Source: an uncultured delta proteobacterium (GTDB lineage: Bacteria; Myxococcota; Kuafuiibacteriia; Kuafuiibacteriales; Kuafuiibacteriaceae). From it: a stretch of DNA of 64,000 nucleotides. Below, in pieces: positions 61,625 to 64,000 of this stretch (position 1 is its first letter; every line of letters starts with the position of its first letter). The DNA is taken from positions 1,312,001 through 1,376,000 of the forward strand of contig CAWDML010000009.1 of assembly GCA_963803435.1 (NCBI GenBank), in the 5' to 3' direction. The translations under genes were made by a program, and so were the position numbers. The notes below the pieces were generated by a model. That model worked only from the letters and a program-made list of their open reading frames with translations. It did not search any database and had not been told where the DNA came from.

Positions 61625-63187
61625 ATGGCTCTCGCCCTGCGCCTGTTTTCCGTGGGCGCCCTGACGCTCGCGACGGCGGCGCCCGCCTTTGCGGATCCGC
61701 CGAAAGTGCTGGTTCTTCCTTATCAGCAGCTCTCGAAGAAGATGCCCGAGGATCTCGGTGAGGCGACGACCGTCGTCGTCACCAAGGAGATGTCGCATGG
61801 CGGGATCGCGGTGATCCGCGCCGAAGACGTGACGGACGGTCCCGCGACGAAGTCCGCGAAGGGATCGGCCGCCTCGAACGCGCCGACCGGCGATCCGCAA
61901 GCGGGCGGCAAGGCCGAGCGCCTGATCGTCCAGGCCAAGAGCGCGATGGAGGACTCGGACTTCGACGGCTCCGCCAAGACGCTCAAGAAGGCGATCAAGC
62001 TCCTCGAGGACAACGCGGACGCGGTACCGGATCTGCGACTGCTCTCGGAGGCGTATCTCCAGCTCGGCGTCACGTACTTCCGCGACGGGCAGGAGGACGA
62101 GGGCGACGAGATGCTGACCAGGGCGATCCATCTCGATCCCGAGCGCAAGCTCTCGGAGTCCGACTACCCGCCGATCTTCATCAAGGTGTTCGAGCGGGGG
62201 CGCTTCAACGTCCTGCGCCGGCCGCGCGCGCAGATCGAGGTCAAGGCCAAGGCCGGCGCCCAGGTGCTGCTGGACGGCCGCAACATGGGCAAGGCGCCCA
62301 TCGAGCTCAAGGAGGCGCTCCCCGGAGAGCACTGGATCCGGGTGGAGCGGCCGGGCGATCCGCCCCAGGTGAAGAAGATCCAGGCCCGCGGCAAGACCAC
62401 GCTGGTGGTGGAGTTCGAAGGCGGGGAGAGCGCCAAGGAAGAGAGCGCCCCGGTGGGCGTGCTCGGCGCCATCGCGCGGAACGAGATTGGCAAGGAGCAC
62501 GTCAAGCAGCTGGCCGGCGCCGGTCGCCGCGCGGGCGCGGACTTCGTGATGTTCGGCGCGATCTTCGCCACCGATACCGCCTATCAGATCCGGACCGCCT
62601 ACGTGCGGGTCAAGGACGGCAAGGTCGGCCGGCTCCTCGACGTCGCCTTCGATCTCGACATGCTGTCGGCGGAGATCGAGGTCTTCAAGCTGGCCGAGGA
62701 CGCGAAGAAACAGACCGAGGGTGAGCTCACCCGCGCGGTCACCGAGCCGACGTTCGCGCTGGCCCCCGACTTCAAGTCGGGAGGCGCGTCGTCGAAGCGT
62801 GTGCTCGCGGGAACGAGCGAGACCCGGATGTCGTCGGCGGTGGCGGCGCCCGCCCCGATCAAGCCGCCGGAGTCGCTCTACGCCGCGGCGCCGCCGGAGC
62901 CGCTGGCCACCGCGGACGCCAAGAGCCCGACCCCGGCCGCGCCGCCGCCGAAGGCGCAGGTGCTGCCGAAGGACGAGATCGCCGCGGCCCCCCGGTCGGA
63001 CAGTGGAGGTCCGGTCACCGCCGCAAACCTGGTGATCGACGATGAAAAGGGCGACGACAAGGGTGGATCGAAGTGGTGGATTTGGGCGCTGGTCGGAGTC
63101 GCGGCCGCGGGTGCCGTGGCGGCGAGCGGTTACGCGATCTACGCGAGCCAGGGATCGAACGAGGGTTCGCTGCAGGTGAGGTGGTGA
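61625..63187 (+). CDS. Exported TPR-like + PEGA domain protein with C-terminal TM
   Basis: Signal peptide; GAQVLLDGR.MG.AP....PGEH.IRV (PEGA); KWWIW followed by a TM segment. Confidence 0.78.
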   Translation: MALALRLFSVGALTLATAAPAFADPPKVLVLPYQQLSKKMPEDLGEATTVVVTKEMSHGGIAVIRAEDVTDGPATKSAKGSAASNAPTGDPQAGGKAERLIVQAKSAMEDSDFDGSAKTLKKAIKLLEDNADAVPDLRLLSEAYLQLGVTYFRDGQEDEGDEMLTRAIHLDPERKLSESDYPPIFIKVFERGRFNVLRRPRAQIEVKAKAGAQVLLDGRNMGKAPIELKEALPGEHWIRVERPGDPPQVKKIQARGKTTLVVEFEGGESAKEESAPVGVLGAIARNEIGKEHVKQLAGAGRRAGADFVMFGAIFATDTAYQIRTAYVRVKDGKVGRLLDVAFDLDMLSAEIEVFKLAEDAKKQTEGELTRAVTEPTFALAPDFKSGGASSKRVLAGTSETRMSSAVAAPAPIKPPESLYAAAPPEPLATADAKSPTPAAPPPKAQVLPKDEIAAAPRSDSGGPVTAANLVIDDEKGDDKGGSKWWIWALVGVAAAGAVAASGYAIYASQGSNEGSLQVRW

Positions 63188-63189
63188 AG

Positions 63190-64000
<811 letters not shown>

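Overview
High-GC bacterial chromosomal window, most consistent with an uncultured Myxococcota (MYXO-CTERM-like proteins, several Ser/Thr kinases, FHA/PEGA/kelch and Cys-rich surface proteins, rph-rdgB-tRNA cluster). It carries two SurA/PpiD-like chaperones, rimI, the mreBCD-mrdA-rodA elongasome operon, a kinase/GGDEF-PilZ/STAS signalling block, an MMPL transporter, cdd plus a deaminase, an Hsp70 paralog, a PolA-family polymerase lacking the 5'-3' exonuclease, an amidase, rph, rdgB, four tRNAs, sdhCAB (heavily frameshifted), a kinase-AAA-TPR protein, a GH31, a ccm cytochrome c maturation operon and engB. The most unusual items are: (1) a 719-bp CTAG-bounded element whose long inverted, hexamer-rich arms enclose a four-helix-bundle (IVP/Avd-like) gene and an IS1182-like transposase tail; (2) a RodA with an inserted two-TM + FHA-like module, next to a PBP2 with an apparent internal duplication and followed by a Ser/Thr kinase; (3) a stand-alone sigma70 region-4-like protein behind a near-consensus promoter; (4) an 88-bp x3 hairpin-rich tandem repeat. 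Scattered single-base indels suggest long-read consensus errors, so pseudogene calls are tentative. All assignments come from motif recognition by eye; no searches were run.
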